Source: Felis catus
Taxonomy: Eukaryota
Assembly (NCBI RefSeq): GCF_018350175.1
Contig: NC_058368.1
Span: forward strand, 237,772,001-237,836,000
Direction: 5' to 3'
DNA length: 64,000 nucleotides
Both the position numbers and the translations under genes were made by a program. A model generated the notes under the pieces. The model saw only the letters and a program-made list of their open reading frames with translations, was not told where the DNA came from and ran no database searches. Below, piece by piece: positions 10,831-23,649 of this stretch. The number at the start of each line of letters is the position of its first letter. Position 1 is the stretch's first letter.

Positions 10831-13689
10831 CCACCTTAGGCTTTTCCTGTGAAACGCCTGCGTAGACGTGAGCCCGGAAGAAATGCAGGCCGTCCCTCAC
10901 CCCGATCCTTTGAAATTCTGCTGGGTTTTCCCTCCTCGCTTGAAATAACTAGTTGTCGTTGCACCATTTCCTAAATCATTCTTTGCCCAAAAACCTGTAC
11001 GTGCTTTTTGCTTTTTTTTTTTTTTTTTTTTAATTGCCGGCCATAGCAGGGCCCGCTTCTGGCTCTCTACTGCGTTCCGTTAACCTGCTTGTCTACACCT
11101 GTGCCAGCGCCACAACCCGCTCCTCCCGCCTTTGGCTCTGCCTGGCTCTACGACGCGCCGGGTATTTCGCTTTGGGGCTGGCCACTGCGGCAGAGCCTTG
11201 ACCTTGAACTCTGGTCTCCCCCGTCTCCCCCTCCCTGACTCTGCTGACACCCAGGTTGGCATCACCCTGCGATCTACCTCGGGAGATTCCGAAGCGTCCC
11301 CTTCGGCGTGTGAGTGGCGTGTGGTGCTGTGGCCACGCTCCGCCAGGAGGCCCGCGGTCTCCTCTCCCGCACCTTCCCCCCCCGGAGCTCTCCAGAGCGT
11401 GGCCTCCCGAGTCAAGCCGTCCTCCGCTCTCCTTCCGATTTCTAAGAAAATCGCATCCACTTTTTTGTCCTTTGTGAATTAGGGTCTTTTTGCCATTTGA
11501 TTCATATCCCTTCATCCCCCGTCCCCCACCCCAGTCCCTCACACCTCAGTGGCAGCACCTGTGCCCCCCGAGCCAGCGAGATACCCTCGCGGGCCCTCCA
11601 GGGGCCGCACGCCGAGGGCTCTGTCGGCACTCTTCCTTCTTGGGAAGTCCCACCTCCTGCCTTTGGCCAGGTGTGCCAGGGTCTCTCCTCTCACGGGCCA
11701 GCCTCTCAACACGAGGTCCAGTGACCCAATCCTCAGTCATCCTTGCTCTCTGCTCCCGAGGGTCACCTACAGCTCCCAGGCCAACGCCCTGTCCTCGGCG
11801 CTTATGTCCTGGGGCTTTGTCCCGAGAACCTCCGTCCTCAACAACCGTCCTCCCTCCCGGACTGATGTGCACTTCGGGGTCCCGACCCCACGCTGGCCCT
11901 CTCCTGCCACGGGCACTTTGCTCTAAGGTCACCTGGATGTTCCCACCAGACGTTGTGTGAGTTCCCTCCAGCTCGGAGCTATTTGAATGCCTTCCCTCCC
12001 CCTCCCCCCCCCATGACACCTGGAATGTGATTGCTCGAGTTCCGCATCTGCAGTCACACCTGCCAGCCCTTTACCTGGAGCGTTTCTGTTCAGACGCCTG
12101 GGCTTAAACTCTGAATGTCAGGCGCTTAGCCCGGCTTCCCAGCACTTACTTACGTCCCCGGGACCCGAACCCCCGTTTCCGCCCGCGGGCACAGCTGGCT
12201 GGGATGTGGCCTCGCCCGGACACCCTCTTTCCTCTTCCTCTGTTAACGTGTCCCCATCAGAGTGTGATTTTCCAGAAAGGAGAGATTATGTCCCTTCTGC
12301 TTTTTAAATGCAGAGCAGGGCTTTATAGGAGGAAAAGTCTTACACACCCCGAGTTGGATTCACTCCGTCACCAAAACCTGTTCTGTCGCCTTTCCAATTC
12401 TGATGGCCCTTGGGCTTATAGGAACCACGAGGAAAGACTTCCCTGGTGCCCTCACCCCCAGCCCCTGCGGTTTCCACCTCACGGTGGCTGAGCGTGTGCA
12501 GGCGGGCGAAGGTGCACGTGTCTGCATGTACTTACACGCACCTGTGTGTGTGAATTTTCCTACAAGGACTTTGCGATTATTTACATCTATATAACTCATT
12601 TGAAACTAAATCTGAGCCATCCCTCCAGCCTCTGGTGAACTGCTGGGACCCTGACTGTCACCGTTCTTACAGCCCCGTGGCCCCCGTCACCTGAGCGTCT
12701 GCTTGAGATTCCGGCCGTCCCCTCACCAAAGGCACCGGCTCGTCTGTTGGACGAGTAGGAACCTAGGCCGGGGCTCGAGAACATCCCTGGTGCCCTCCTC
12801 CCGGCTGGCGTGGTGCCCCGGCGCCCTGCCCTCCATCGCTTCCGGCGGCACCGAAATCCCCATCCCGTGGTACAGCAGGGAACACTTGTGGAGAGAAGCG
12901 TGGACACATTATCTCACTGCGTTCTTACAACTGAGGCCGTGGAGACCCCTGCGCCCTGCGTGTGAAGAAGGAGCCCGGGAGAGAGGTCTGGAGTAGCGCG
13001 GCCGCCGAGGACTCTGCGCCCTTCGGAATATTCCTCTGTTGAGTCACTCCCACCGATCGCGTGTGTTCACTCAGGGACCCCCAAGCCTCCACCCGCTCCT
13101 ACCTCTTGGCTTCTCCTCAATCTGTTCTGCCTGCCTGATCCCTCTCTGCACCTCTTACGTCTCCGGGACCCGAACCCCCGTTTCCACCCATGGGCACAGC
13201 TGGCCAAACACCCCCCTCCACACCCCACCTCCCGTGGCAGCGTGTGCCACGTCAGCAAATCCACGTTGCTCCCGTGGCAGCAAATCCACGTCGGGGTCTG
13301 CTAAGAGCATGGGTCGGGTCCCATCCAGGGCTCCTGCGGGCTGACACGGGGTGGGTTACGTGGAGCATTTGCGCCGTGGGCCCCAGCGTGGCTGCTCGGT
13401 GAGAGCGAGCGTCTACCCTCTCGTGGGCCTTTCTCCAAAGTCCTTCTAGTGACTGCGTATGAAGGCCAAGGCTGATAAATCATCCATTGGCTCGTACCAT
13501 TGATTTTCCATTATCGTGAACCCTCGTTAAAGCATGTTGTTATTACGCTCTTCTTAAGTACTCGGCCACACAATTAGAGGAGGAGTCCCTAGGAGGCAAA
13601 GAGATGTGGCCCCCAAGAGGGGAGAGCACATGTCCCCCCGCGGGCGCCTTCCAGAATTCCAGCCCCTGTGCGGGATGATGCCAAGTTGC

Positions 13690-14100
13690 ACACACAGTCA
13701 TTATATGCGTGTTGCATAACCAATTAATATAATACACAATCCGTAATTTTTGCATAGTATAAAAGCATATGATTTTGTATTAATCATATCATAAACATTT
13801 TTGTATATTATGTATAATTGCATAATATGTGCATCTTGTAAAATTTGAACGATTGTAGAAAAGTGTATATAATAAAACACAAATGGCCTATAACCTTTAA
13901 CTGACCTCCAAAGTCTACGTCAGGGCAAAATATATTCACATGCATATACACGTATCCTACATATGTATATCTACTTTTATGAGTTTATATAATGTGCACA
14001 TTTCATACATTATATTATATATAATAGTATGAATGTATTAAAACGACACATCCATAATTTGGCAAATTGTACAAGTATCATTTTCATAATGATCACGAAG
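13690..14100. repeat. AT-rich low-complexity (TA/CA-rich) tract
   Basis: Abrupt AT-rich block with degenerate tatata/catata runs. Confidence 0.7.
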
Positions 14101-15078
14101 ACAGTCTATTTAGCGGCACAGAGAAGCACAAACCTCGCTGATGCGATCTTTTAATTTTGCCTGTGTTGACTGCAGGAGTCAGGGCACAGCGTCGCAGGGC
14201 GGCCGCCTCTATCTCTGTGCAGATGACAGGTGGGGCACAGCGGCCGGGAGCGAAGAGCCCCGGACCTGGAACCTGATAAATAAACGTAGCTTTGTGACAA
14301 CAGGAAACCCAGCGGCGCCTCCTGGGCTCCGGAGGCCGCTCCCCCTCAATCTTTCGCCGCTGTCCCAGTGCCCAGGGAGCACCGATAGGCGGCCGGGCCC
14401 TGACGGGGGAGACGGGCGGTTAATCTTGGTTAGGGCGGCTCCTCGCTGACACGGCACCCTTCCCCACAGCACTTTGCCCTCCTGACACAGACACTCTTCA
14501 CGGCAAAGAGGGCCCAGCACGGAGATCGCTGGAGTCTTTGAAATTCCAAATCGGATGCAGGTATTCACTTCCACGGGGGTGCGGAAAGAACATTCCCGGG
14601 CTGTTATTTTTAAAGCCCGCCATCCCGAACGCGCGTGTATGGACAAGCCTCGGGTTTCGCCGTGACTCCTGTGATGAATTGTCCCGGTCTCAGCACTGAC
14701 AGGAAGACTGCGCGGGGCCCCCAGACGTGGCCGCCCGATTCCTGTTGGAACCCATCCTGGGAAAGCACGGGTGCCCGCCTGCCAGGGGAGGGGGCGAGGA
14801 ACAGAGGGTCCCCGGAGCAGCAGGGAGATGGGGTGCTGGCCGGGCCCTCACTGCCACCACAGCCGACCGGTCGCTGTTCCCAACAGCCCTGGGAAAGACA
14901 GTGCCCATCAGTGACTCAGCCGGCCTGTCTCAAGAGTCCACATCAGACAGGTCGGCTCCAAGGACACGGGGCTTAGTGTCTAATCTATCTGTTAGCAACT
15001 GCCTGCTTCTTAGAAAGAGGCACACTCCCTGGGATGTGCTTCTGTGCGTGCAGGGGCTGTGGTCCGAGACATCAACTG

Positions 15079-15311
15079 TTTTGTTTTTTTTTTAAGTTTT
15101 TTCCAAGTTTACTTATTTTGAGAGAGACAGAGACAGCGTGAGTAGGGGAGGGGCAGCAGAGACAGGGGGACAGAGAGACAGAATCCCAAGCAGGCTCCAC
15201 ACCATCAGTGCACAGCCCGATGTGGGGCTAGTACTCAGGGAACCACAAGATCATGACCTGCGCCGAAACCAAGAGTCGGACGCTTAACCGACTGAGCCAC
15301 CCAGACGCCCC
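15079..15311 (-). mobile_element. CAN-SINE, SINEC_Fc2-like variant
   Basis: gaatcccaagcaggctccacacc...gccgaaaccaagagtcggacgcttaaccgactgagccacccag; the 'caagag' insertion distinguishes it from the other copies here. Confidence 0.92.
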
Positions 15312-16974
15312 TGTGCGGTTTATTTTTAAAAGTATGTTTCCTTACTGACTCTGAAGAGAAGGGGAATTAAAGTGTTTTCTTTGCCTTTGTGATTTCTGCA
15401 CCGGTAAACTTTGGAAGGTGGGAGTCAGCCTCACTCCCATCTATTGCACAAGATATAAATCAAGTTGCAAAGTGTTCCTTCTCTAATCAACACACAAGGC
15501 TGCATAGACACATTGTTTCTTAAGCTTGGTTTCTGTGCAAATTCAAGCAGACCTCTTGTTCAAAATTTAGTTCTGGGCTCTCGGGGTACTTACCTAGGCT
15601 TACCCAGTTGCCTTGTGTTAATCCTGGGAAAATGAGGTACCAACGTCCCGGTTCTCTGGCTCCATAGTGAGCATCCCCGGGGAAAAGGGCCCGAGAGAGG
15701 CCAGCTCAGCTCCAGCCAAACCTCAGGCGATGGTGGGTGGGCCAGGTGGTCTGCGAGGAGGTGTGGCATCATCTGTCCTAAGCACCTGCTCATAGACTCT
15801 GTGAGAGTGGCTTTGTTCTGCAAACTAGAGCAGACTGAAAGTTGCATTCTAGAACATTCTCTCTAATGAGAGAAAAAGAGGTGAGGGTATAGCTTCAGGC
15901 TGCTAAGAGTCCTCAACCAGGGCAGGGGACACTTCTCAAACTGCTGTGCTGACCGCCTGGTGGCCGTGGGCTGCATAGCTCCTGTCTGTGTTGGGGACCG
16001 CCCCCACAACGGCACTGCACCTGCTGGCCTCTGGACAATCCTCGGTCGAGAAGACAGAGGAGAGAAGTTTGCACTGGAGGCCCCTCCGTCAGCACATCCC
16101 CAAACCAGACTGGGGGACTGAGGCCCACACTCGGGGTCCCCGACGGCAGGGAAGCTTTGCAGAACTGCTCTGAAAGTCTCATCCTTGACAGAAGAGAGGG
16201 TCTTGGTAAGGACTCCTGCACGGTCACAGCTGTTACATAATTGCCACTTTTAATCAGCAAACATGTTACTCCGTTACTTGCACATATAAATATATACCTA
16301 TATACATATATGATTCTCTGTGAGGCTGAATATATTTTCGTAGTTACAAAATCGTATATTGCCTGTTTGTGAATTTTCATTGGTTTCTTCTGCTAAAGGT
16401 CTGGGCGATGTGCTCATGGCTTACTTACTGGTTCTGGCACTTCATCTGTGGAGCCGGGCATCATCCGTGGGTGGCAAACATCGAGGGGCTGCCCACCAAG
16501 GCCGCTGGCCCCGCCGAGGACCCCTTGTCCCGTGGTCTCGCCCGACTCTCCCGTCCAGGCACGGGGCGAGGCGCTGGTGTGTGCTGAGCCGCCCTCGGTT
16601 TCCCCTCCACCGTCCTCTGGCTCAGAGGGGCCGGGACGCCAGGCTCCCCGGCAGCGTGTCGGCAGCTCTGGGTCTCGGGCGGGATTGTGGGCACACGGTC
16701 ATTTCTTGCCTTTTATAACATCGGAGAGCCTTTGCATACCTGACTTCGAGCAGAGCATGATGTTTAACGTACGGTGACTCCAGGGTGGCCCTAGCCATCT
16801 GTGCAGCTCTCTTCAAAGCCTTTGGGTCCGGCGTGGGCATTTCTTCATTTGTGAAGACAAGAGCGAGGGCACGCGGGGGCAGGGCGCCCCGGGCTCCGTC
16901 CCGCACCCCCGTGACCGCCGCCCCGGCTCCTTTCTCTCCTCTGACCTGCTGGCTCGCGCCTCCTGACCTGCGAC

Positions 16975-17140
16975 ACCCTCCAATTGTTATCCAATCAATT
17001 CAGCCGAAATTAAAAAGGTGTATTTGTATTTGCTTTAACACCCTTTCACTGGGATGTTTGCGGCGGTGACCTTTCAGTATTGGATTCTGTGCCGATAGCA
17101 CACTGCCTGCCAGATTGCTTGGCTAATAAATAATGAAGCA
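16975..17140. promoter_or_regulatory. Candidate conserved non-coding element
   Basis: Unique AT-rich island with CAATTGTT (SOX-like), CCAATCAAT, tandem TATTTG (FOX-like) and TAATAAATAATGA. Confidence 0.35.
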
Positions 17141-17317
17141 CCTTGGGAGGAAGGAGGGCTGGGCAGGGGGCCCGCACCTGCCCGACCCGGCTCCTCAAAG
17201 AGTCCCAGGGCTCGGGATGGAAGAAGGAGGCTCCAAGGACTGCCCGTGGACCACGCTATTTTTTTTTTTTAACTTTCAGTACAGTTATCTGATTTGCAGG
17301 GGCTTGATTTTTCATCT

Positions 17318-17660
17318 TTTTTGTTGTAGTAAAATGCATATAACATAAAACTGACTTATTTAATCATCTTACGTATACAATTCACTGGCGTCAAACACAA
17401 TCACAGTGTGTAACCCTCATGACTATTTTCAGAACTTTCCCACCATCCCAGAGAGAAACCTGCACCCGTCGCACGACCGCTCCCCTCCCCACCCTGCCCC
17501 CAGCCCCTGGGAAGCTCTCTTCTACTTTTCTCTTTGAATCGGCCTGCTTGAGGAATTTCGTGTGCGTGGAGTCGTGCTGCCTCTGTCCTTCTGTGTCTGT
17601 TCTCTTAGCGCAGTGTTAGCGGGGTCCGGCCATGTTTCAGTGGGGAATCAATACTTCATA
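17318..17660 (-). mobile_element. L1MB-like 3' UTR remnant
   Basis: ttgtagtaaaatgcatataacataaaa...ttttcagaactttcccaccatcccagagagaaacc...ccccagcccctggg, typical antisense old L1 3' end. Confidence 0.75.
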
Positions 17661-18734
17661 AGCAGCAGGTTGATTTTTAGGATTCTCATTTCTCCTGCCA
17701 CACACAGATAAGTTAGGAATTATTAAAGGAAAAGTGAAAAACATTTGAATATCAACCCAAAAAGCTCACAGAATGGATGGGCTTTGAAAATAGAAGACAG
17801 GATCAGCTACTTTGGCGTTCACAAAATTAAAAGGTCCCTTGGAGGAAATTCCGGGAAACTAACCCTAGCCTCACTCTAACGAACATCACGAAGCCCGCAA
17901 ATCGGGGACCCAGCTTTGTGTGTGTTAGAGGCTGGACCGGGCAAAGCCCTGTGTCTCGTGACTAGCATCGCTGTTAGGTTTTCAACTCTGCAACGATTTC
18001 TGGCCTCGGGCCAGAGCTGTGTGGAACTGGTTAACGTTACAAACTTGAACAAATATTTAATCAAAGGATATGACAAAATATAAAACAAATTATGGTAACA
18101 CATGCGGATTATAAATGGCCAGTTTTTAAAACGTATATAAGTTGGTCGTTAGTTTTAGCTCCAGAGCTCAGGAATCTGTAGAGAGGCAAGTTAAAAGCGG
18201 CTGTGTTGGGGTCTGGCAGAACTCTCACGCCGACCAGACATCCTGCTATTTCCAACGTTCGGGTCCTTGGGTGCCCATGTCCGAAGTAGCTGTTAGGTTG
18301 TTTTCGCTGCCTCGTCTGTGAAGCCCTGGAGGCTCTGAGAAGGAAGTGGGAATCAGAGCAACAAGGTGGCAGGCAGGATGTTCTTGGGGCCTCGGAGTCA
18401 TAAGCGAAGGCCAGGTGAGGTATGAATAGGTGACATATTAACTAAAGGGGCTGAGATGGTAAGTTGTCTAGAGACGGCTGTGTGCATGGAGCATTCTGGA
18501 ACACGGCCACATTCTTATCCACTCATTCAAAAGAGACCCTGCCCCTCCGAGATGACACCTTGGCACTTGGGCTCAATGATGCAGAGGCAAGTATCCCAAC
18601 ATTCTCTGAGCCCAGCCTCTTTCTGGGTCACATCCATCAACCGCCAGAGGCTGAGTTGTGTCATCACAATAGAAACTATTTTAGTTCTTAGAGCTCCAGT
18701 GTTTCTGTGGGTGAGGCACTTCACAGGATCATAA

Positions 18735-18820
18735 TGGGGGTGGTGGGGATGGTTGCTGGTGGTGACGATGGTGACCAAAGGTGGTGATGACGATGGTGAT
18801 GGTGGTGACGGTGACATGAA
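18735..18820. repeat. Degenerate (GGT/GAT)n trinucleotide repeat
   Basis: ggtggtgatgacgatggtgatggtggtgacggtgac. Confidence 0.8.
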
Positions 18821-19502
18821 TGACCTCAGTTCCTCGAATTCCTGCTGCATGCTGGGTCATCCAGGAGTTTCCTGCCTTGCTCACTCTCACTAGAGAAGTG
18901 TAAGTCTCCCCCTCCATGAAACACACAGGTCAGCAAGAAGAAGAAGAAGCTTATCCAAGGTCACCTAACCCAGATGTAGCAGAACCGGTTGGTAAGTCTC
19001 CCTTGCTTCCTCTCAAGTGCTCGACGCTGACCGCCAGAGGGACGGACGGATCTCCTTCCTCTCCATCACGGGCTCAAGATGTGCCAACTGGTCCAGGAAG
19101 CACAGGCTCTGCACCCTCAAGCTCTACGCTTGGCCTATTACGCAACGGGATCTCCTCCCTCTACATGTTACTCTTCTGGTCTGTGGTCTGTTCTTTCTAG
19201 ATGCTGCTTACACATGGGTTCCCTTCCCACCACCTTGCCCACCTCCCCTACCTTCTTCACCCTGTTGCACCACTGTGCTGTGTTCACCTGCCTTTCTTCT
19301 TCCTGTTCTCTCAGAGGCTGACGGCTGTGAGATTCAAGGTGAGAGTGGGAGTTGCAGGTGGGAAGTATAGACATTGTATGTTATTAATATAGCTTGAAAT
19401 GAGGGCACTTTCTTGCCCTATCTAACATTATTTTAAACATATGGATACATGGAGTCCTCTATTTTAAATCAATGCCTTTTTGAATTTTTGGAAAACAATT
19501 TT

Positions 19503-20575
19503 ATTTATTTTTTTAATATGAAATGTATTGTCAAATTGGTTTCCATACAACACTCAGTGCTCATCCCAACTGGTGCCCTCCTCGATGCCCATCACCCACC
19601 CTCCCTGCTCTCCCACCCCCCATCAACCCTCAGTTTATTCTCAGTTTTTAAGAGTCTCTTATGGTTTGCCTCCCTCCCTCTCTAACTTTTTCCCCCCTTC
19701 CCCTCCCCCATGGTCTTCTGTTAAGCTTCTCAGGATCCACATAAGAGTGAAAAAATATGGTATCTGTCTTTCTCTGCCTGACTTATTTCACTTAGCATAA
19801 CACTCTCCAGTTCCATCCACATTGCTACAAAAGGCCATATTTCATTCTTTCTCACTGCCACGTAGTATTCCATTGTGTATATAAACCACAATTTCTTTAT
19901 CCATTCATCAGTTGATGGACATTTAGGCTCTTTCCATAATTTAGCTATTGTTGAGAGTGCTGCTATAAACATTGGGGTACAAGTGCCCCTGTGCATCAGC
20001 ACTCCTGCATCCCTTGGGTAAATTCTTAGCAGTGCTATTGCTGGGTCATAGGGTAGATCTAGTTTTAATTTTTTGAGGAAATTCCACACTGTTTTCCAGA
20101 GAGGCTACACCAGTTTGCATTCCCACCAACAGTGCAAGAGGGTTCCCGTTTCTCCACATCCTCTCCAGCATCTATGGTCTCCTGATTTGTTCATTTTAGC
20201 CACTCTGACTGGCGTGAGGTGATATCTGAGTGTGGTTTTGATTTGTATTTCCTGATGAGGAGTGACGTTGAGCATCTTCTCATGTGCCTTTTGGCCATGT
20301 GGATGTCTTCTTTAGAGAAGTGTTTATCCATGTCTTCTGCCCATTTCTTCACTGGATTATTTGTTTTCCAGGTGTGGAGTTTTGTGAGTTCTTTATAGAT
20401 TTTGGATGTTAGCCCTTTGTCTGATGTGTCATTTGCAAATCTCTTTTTCCATTCCATCGGTTGCCTTTAGTTTTGTTGATTGTTCCTTTGCAGTGCAGAA
20501 GCTTTTTATCTTCATGAGGTCCCAATAGTCATTTTTGCTTTTAAGTCCTTTGCTTTTGGAGATTTGTCAAGTAAG
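19503..20575 (-). mobile_element. Felid L1 (L1_Fc-like): 3' end of ORF2 plus 3' UTR, non-inverted part of a 5'-inverted insertion
   Basis: ORFs 19730-20089(-) ([10 protein letters not shown]...KCPSTDEWIKK...MEYY) and 20191-20457(-) (EWKKRFAN...[11 protein letters not shown]) are L1 ORF2 C-terminal peptides with frameshifts; T-rich tail at ~19503. Confidence 0.96.
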
Positions 20576-20818
20576 ACCAATGGAATAGACTAGAGACTCC
20601 AGAATTGGACCCACCAAAGTATGGCCAACTAATCTTTGACAAACCAGGAAGGAATATCCAATGGAAAAAAGACAGTCTCTTTAACAAATGGTGCTGGGAG
20701 AACTGGACAGCAACATGCAGAAGGATGAAACTAGACCACTTTCTTACACCATTCACAAAAACAAACTCAAAATGGATAAAGGACCTGAATGTGAGACAGG
20801 AAACCATCAAAACCCTAG
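20576..20818 (+). mobile_element. Inverted 5' segment of the same L1 insertion
   Basis: ORF 20605-20841(+) YGQLIFDK...[13 protein letters not shown]...[11 protein letters not shown] is L1 ORF2 upstream of the minus-strand part; TSD TGGAAAA(C/T)AATTTT at 19489-19502 and 20819-20832. Confidence 0.95.
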
Positions 20819-21925
20819 TGGAAAATAATTTTAAAAAGTAGAATGTAAAGAAGCACAGATTTAAAAAAATGTAATGTCCATGCAAAGCTAACCCTTTGTT
20901 TTTGTGATTAAAGACTTCTTTAAAGCAAATGAAATTTTCAGAGCACTTTCAACATTTGACCACATTATTTGAATGTCGACGACTTAAGACACTTTTTACT
21001 TGACCATTATATGACATCCCTCCCCACCTTCAAGGTCCACACCATTATGAATATAGCAGAGAGGGAAGATTATTATGTTGTGAGACCCTGAATGACCTCT
21101 ACTATTTCAACAGAATAGTTCATTCAAAATCACACAAAAATAGAAATTGTTCATCATAATGTTAACTCCTTTTTGAGAGGGAATGAGGCTTTACGTTTGC
21201 TGAAAATCTGATCTCTGCATAATAATGTCATTTTTTATGCATTTATTTCACGTATTGAATTGGTTTTTCTCCCTCCACACCACTGGCTTTTATTTCAACC
21301 TTGGATGAGTACAGTAACTCCAGACAAATGTCTGGATTGAAGTGGCTGGGCTGGTTAGACACCAGAAGTGAGTATGCCAAAAAACACAATAACCTCCAGA
21401 GCACCTGTATCTGACCCTGTGAGGATGTGAAGATAGGGAATAGAGAGAGTAGCACGTGTCTCCAAGATACAACAAACCCAACAGAAGGTGACAGTTCTTG
21501 GAGATCGTCAGCCTCTCGCTGTGGCCGGCTGGCCACAAGCCTCCTCAGCCCCTGTGGCCAGTCCACGGGCATAGCAGGTGGAGGAGGGTCTACCCTTGTC
21601 AGATACGGTACAGGGCGAGCGAGTGCCGGACTCCAAGCTCCTTGTATCCAGACACTTGTCTTGCACTGCCCCGTGGAGCCCAGGAAAACAATGTACGTGG
21701 GACAGATGACCTATAAAGGATTCCTGATCTGTCTCAAATGATATTTAGAAGTCTATCTGTAATGTAATCATACCCCATTCCTTAAGCCTGTGTGCATTAT
21801 AGCTGCATGCCACAGGCATCAACTAGCCTCTCTTTTTCTCTCTTTTCTGATCTTATAAGTGGGTCTACAGATGTATGAATTTTGTAACAGCATTTTACAT
21901 GAAATTATTTTAAATGACCTACAAA

Positions 21926-22011
21926 TATATATATATGTGTGTGTATATATATGTACATATATATATACATATATACATATACATATGTGTGTGTGTGTGT
22001 GTGTGTGTGTG
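21926..22011. repeat. Compound (TA)n/(TG)n microsatellite
   Basis: Read directly. Confidence 0.95.
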
Positions 22012-22599
22012 TTTATATTCTTTTTTCCTGGACATTCAGGACGTGTGCATCATAGAAAAGTATTAATGAGATGAATATTTTGACAAATTGCAAATGTTTA
22101 TAGTTTGTCCAGGAATTTGGAAAGAAAAACTTAATTTGTATACTAAGAGTCCCTGAGTTTCCACTGGGGAAAAAAAATACATTTTTTGACTAAGAGAAAA
22201 CTCTGTCTTAAAATGGCAAATTTGACACAGACTATCCCATGGTAATATTATGGTAAAGTATCTTATATATTTTCACTGACTCCAGGACAGTCTATTTCTC
22301 TAAAATGCATAGGTATTTAACTTTCTTGGTTTTGAATGGACATTTCAAGGCCTATGACATTGGTTGAAAGTACTGGCCATCTCCAGGAGATAGTAAGGGG
22401 CTTGATTTGCCTACAATATTGAGATAGATTTTTGCAGAGACAGTATTGATAGGGTGAGGCTAAAAATCATATCAGAGGAAGCGCCACTTTGGGCATAAAG
22501 GAGTCAGCACTGAAAACATAAGTCGTCCAACAAGTACCAGCTGTGGGCTCTGGATAAAATATGGAAACAATTATCTGGCCCTCCGGACATGGAACAGTG

Positions 22600-23050
22600 T
22601 CTGAGATATCATACGAAATTACTCGACGGAAGAAGATGGAGGAAAATATCTCAAGGGAAAAGGCCAACAACCCAAGTTGACTCAGACACTGAGTTTATCA
22701 GAGAGGAACTTGGAAGCAACTACGGAAAGTACGCTCAGTAAGAAAAAGAAAGATGTTTGTGGTGAGTGAAAAGACAGGACATCGTATCAGCAACACTGAA
22801 TATATATGCATTAAAAGTCAAAATTGAATTTATACACATTAAAAAAAGCAATAGACATTTTAGAGGTGAAAAGTCTGAAAGAAAAAATCACAGGGTAGGC
22901 TCCATTATAAACAGAGATAATAGATGAAGGGTTCACTGACTAGATCAATAATGATCGTCCACTACAAACAAGAGAAAAAAACAGGTAACGAGATCCCAGA
23001 AGAAGAGGGAAGAGAAAATGGGACAGAAAATAAATGTTTGAAAATTAAAG
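22600..23050 (+). mobile_element. Ancient L1 ORF1-region remnant
   Basis: A-rich, with gatcccagaagaagagggaagagaaaatgggacagaaaataaatgtttgaaaat resembling the L1 ORF1 'GVPEGEE...IFEEI' region. Confidence 0.5.
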
Positions 23051-23408
23051 TTAGATTCTGGCAACTAGAATGCCTGTGAAGGACCTCAGGCTCTGAAATG
23101 GACGTTCTCTGGGGAGTCTCGATCTCGGGGGGATAGTTTAGACTCGTTGCTGAGCACAGATTGAGGCAGCTGAGAGTGGATGCGTGGAGACCAGCTGGTC
23201 GCTGCTGTGGTTTTCCCGAGAACCGTAAAGGCAGAAAGTGGCCCCTGAGCCCTGGGAGCAGACATGAAGACACTACTTGAAAGATTCTCGTGAAATCGAA
23301 TTGACAGAACGTGTTTCTGTTAAAGGAAAGTAACTAGTTAACAATGGCATCGGGGTTTCTGATTTGGGTGGATAGATAATGTTTCTGCCAAATAAAAGAG
23401 TGTGCACA

Positions 23409-23649
23409 GGGCACCTGGGTGGCCTAGTTCGTTAAGCGTCCCACTCTGGCTCAGGTCATGATTTCGCGGTTTGTGAGTTCGAGTCCCGCGTCGGGCTCTG
23501 TGCTGACGGCTCGGAGCCTGAAGCCTGCTTCGGATTCTGTGTCTCCCCCTCTCTCTCTGGTCCCCTCTCTCTCTGGTCCTCCCTCGCTCATGCTCTGTCT
23601 CTCTCTCTCTCCTTCAAAACTAAATAAAAACATTTTTTAAAAATTCAAA
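23409..23649 (+). mobile_element. SINEC_Fc-type CAN-SINE with TSD and internal 16-bp duplication
   Basis: SINEC body; CCCCTCTCTCTCTGGT duplicated; TSD AAATAAAAGAGTGTG at 23390-23404 and 23650-23664. Confidence 0.96.

Noticed and set aside
19730..20841. Functional reverse transcriptase or host gene
   Set aside because: Frameshifted, truncated and partly inverted L1 ORF2 C-terminus.
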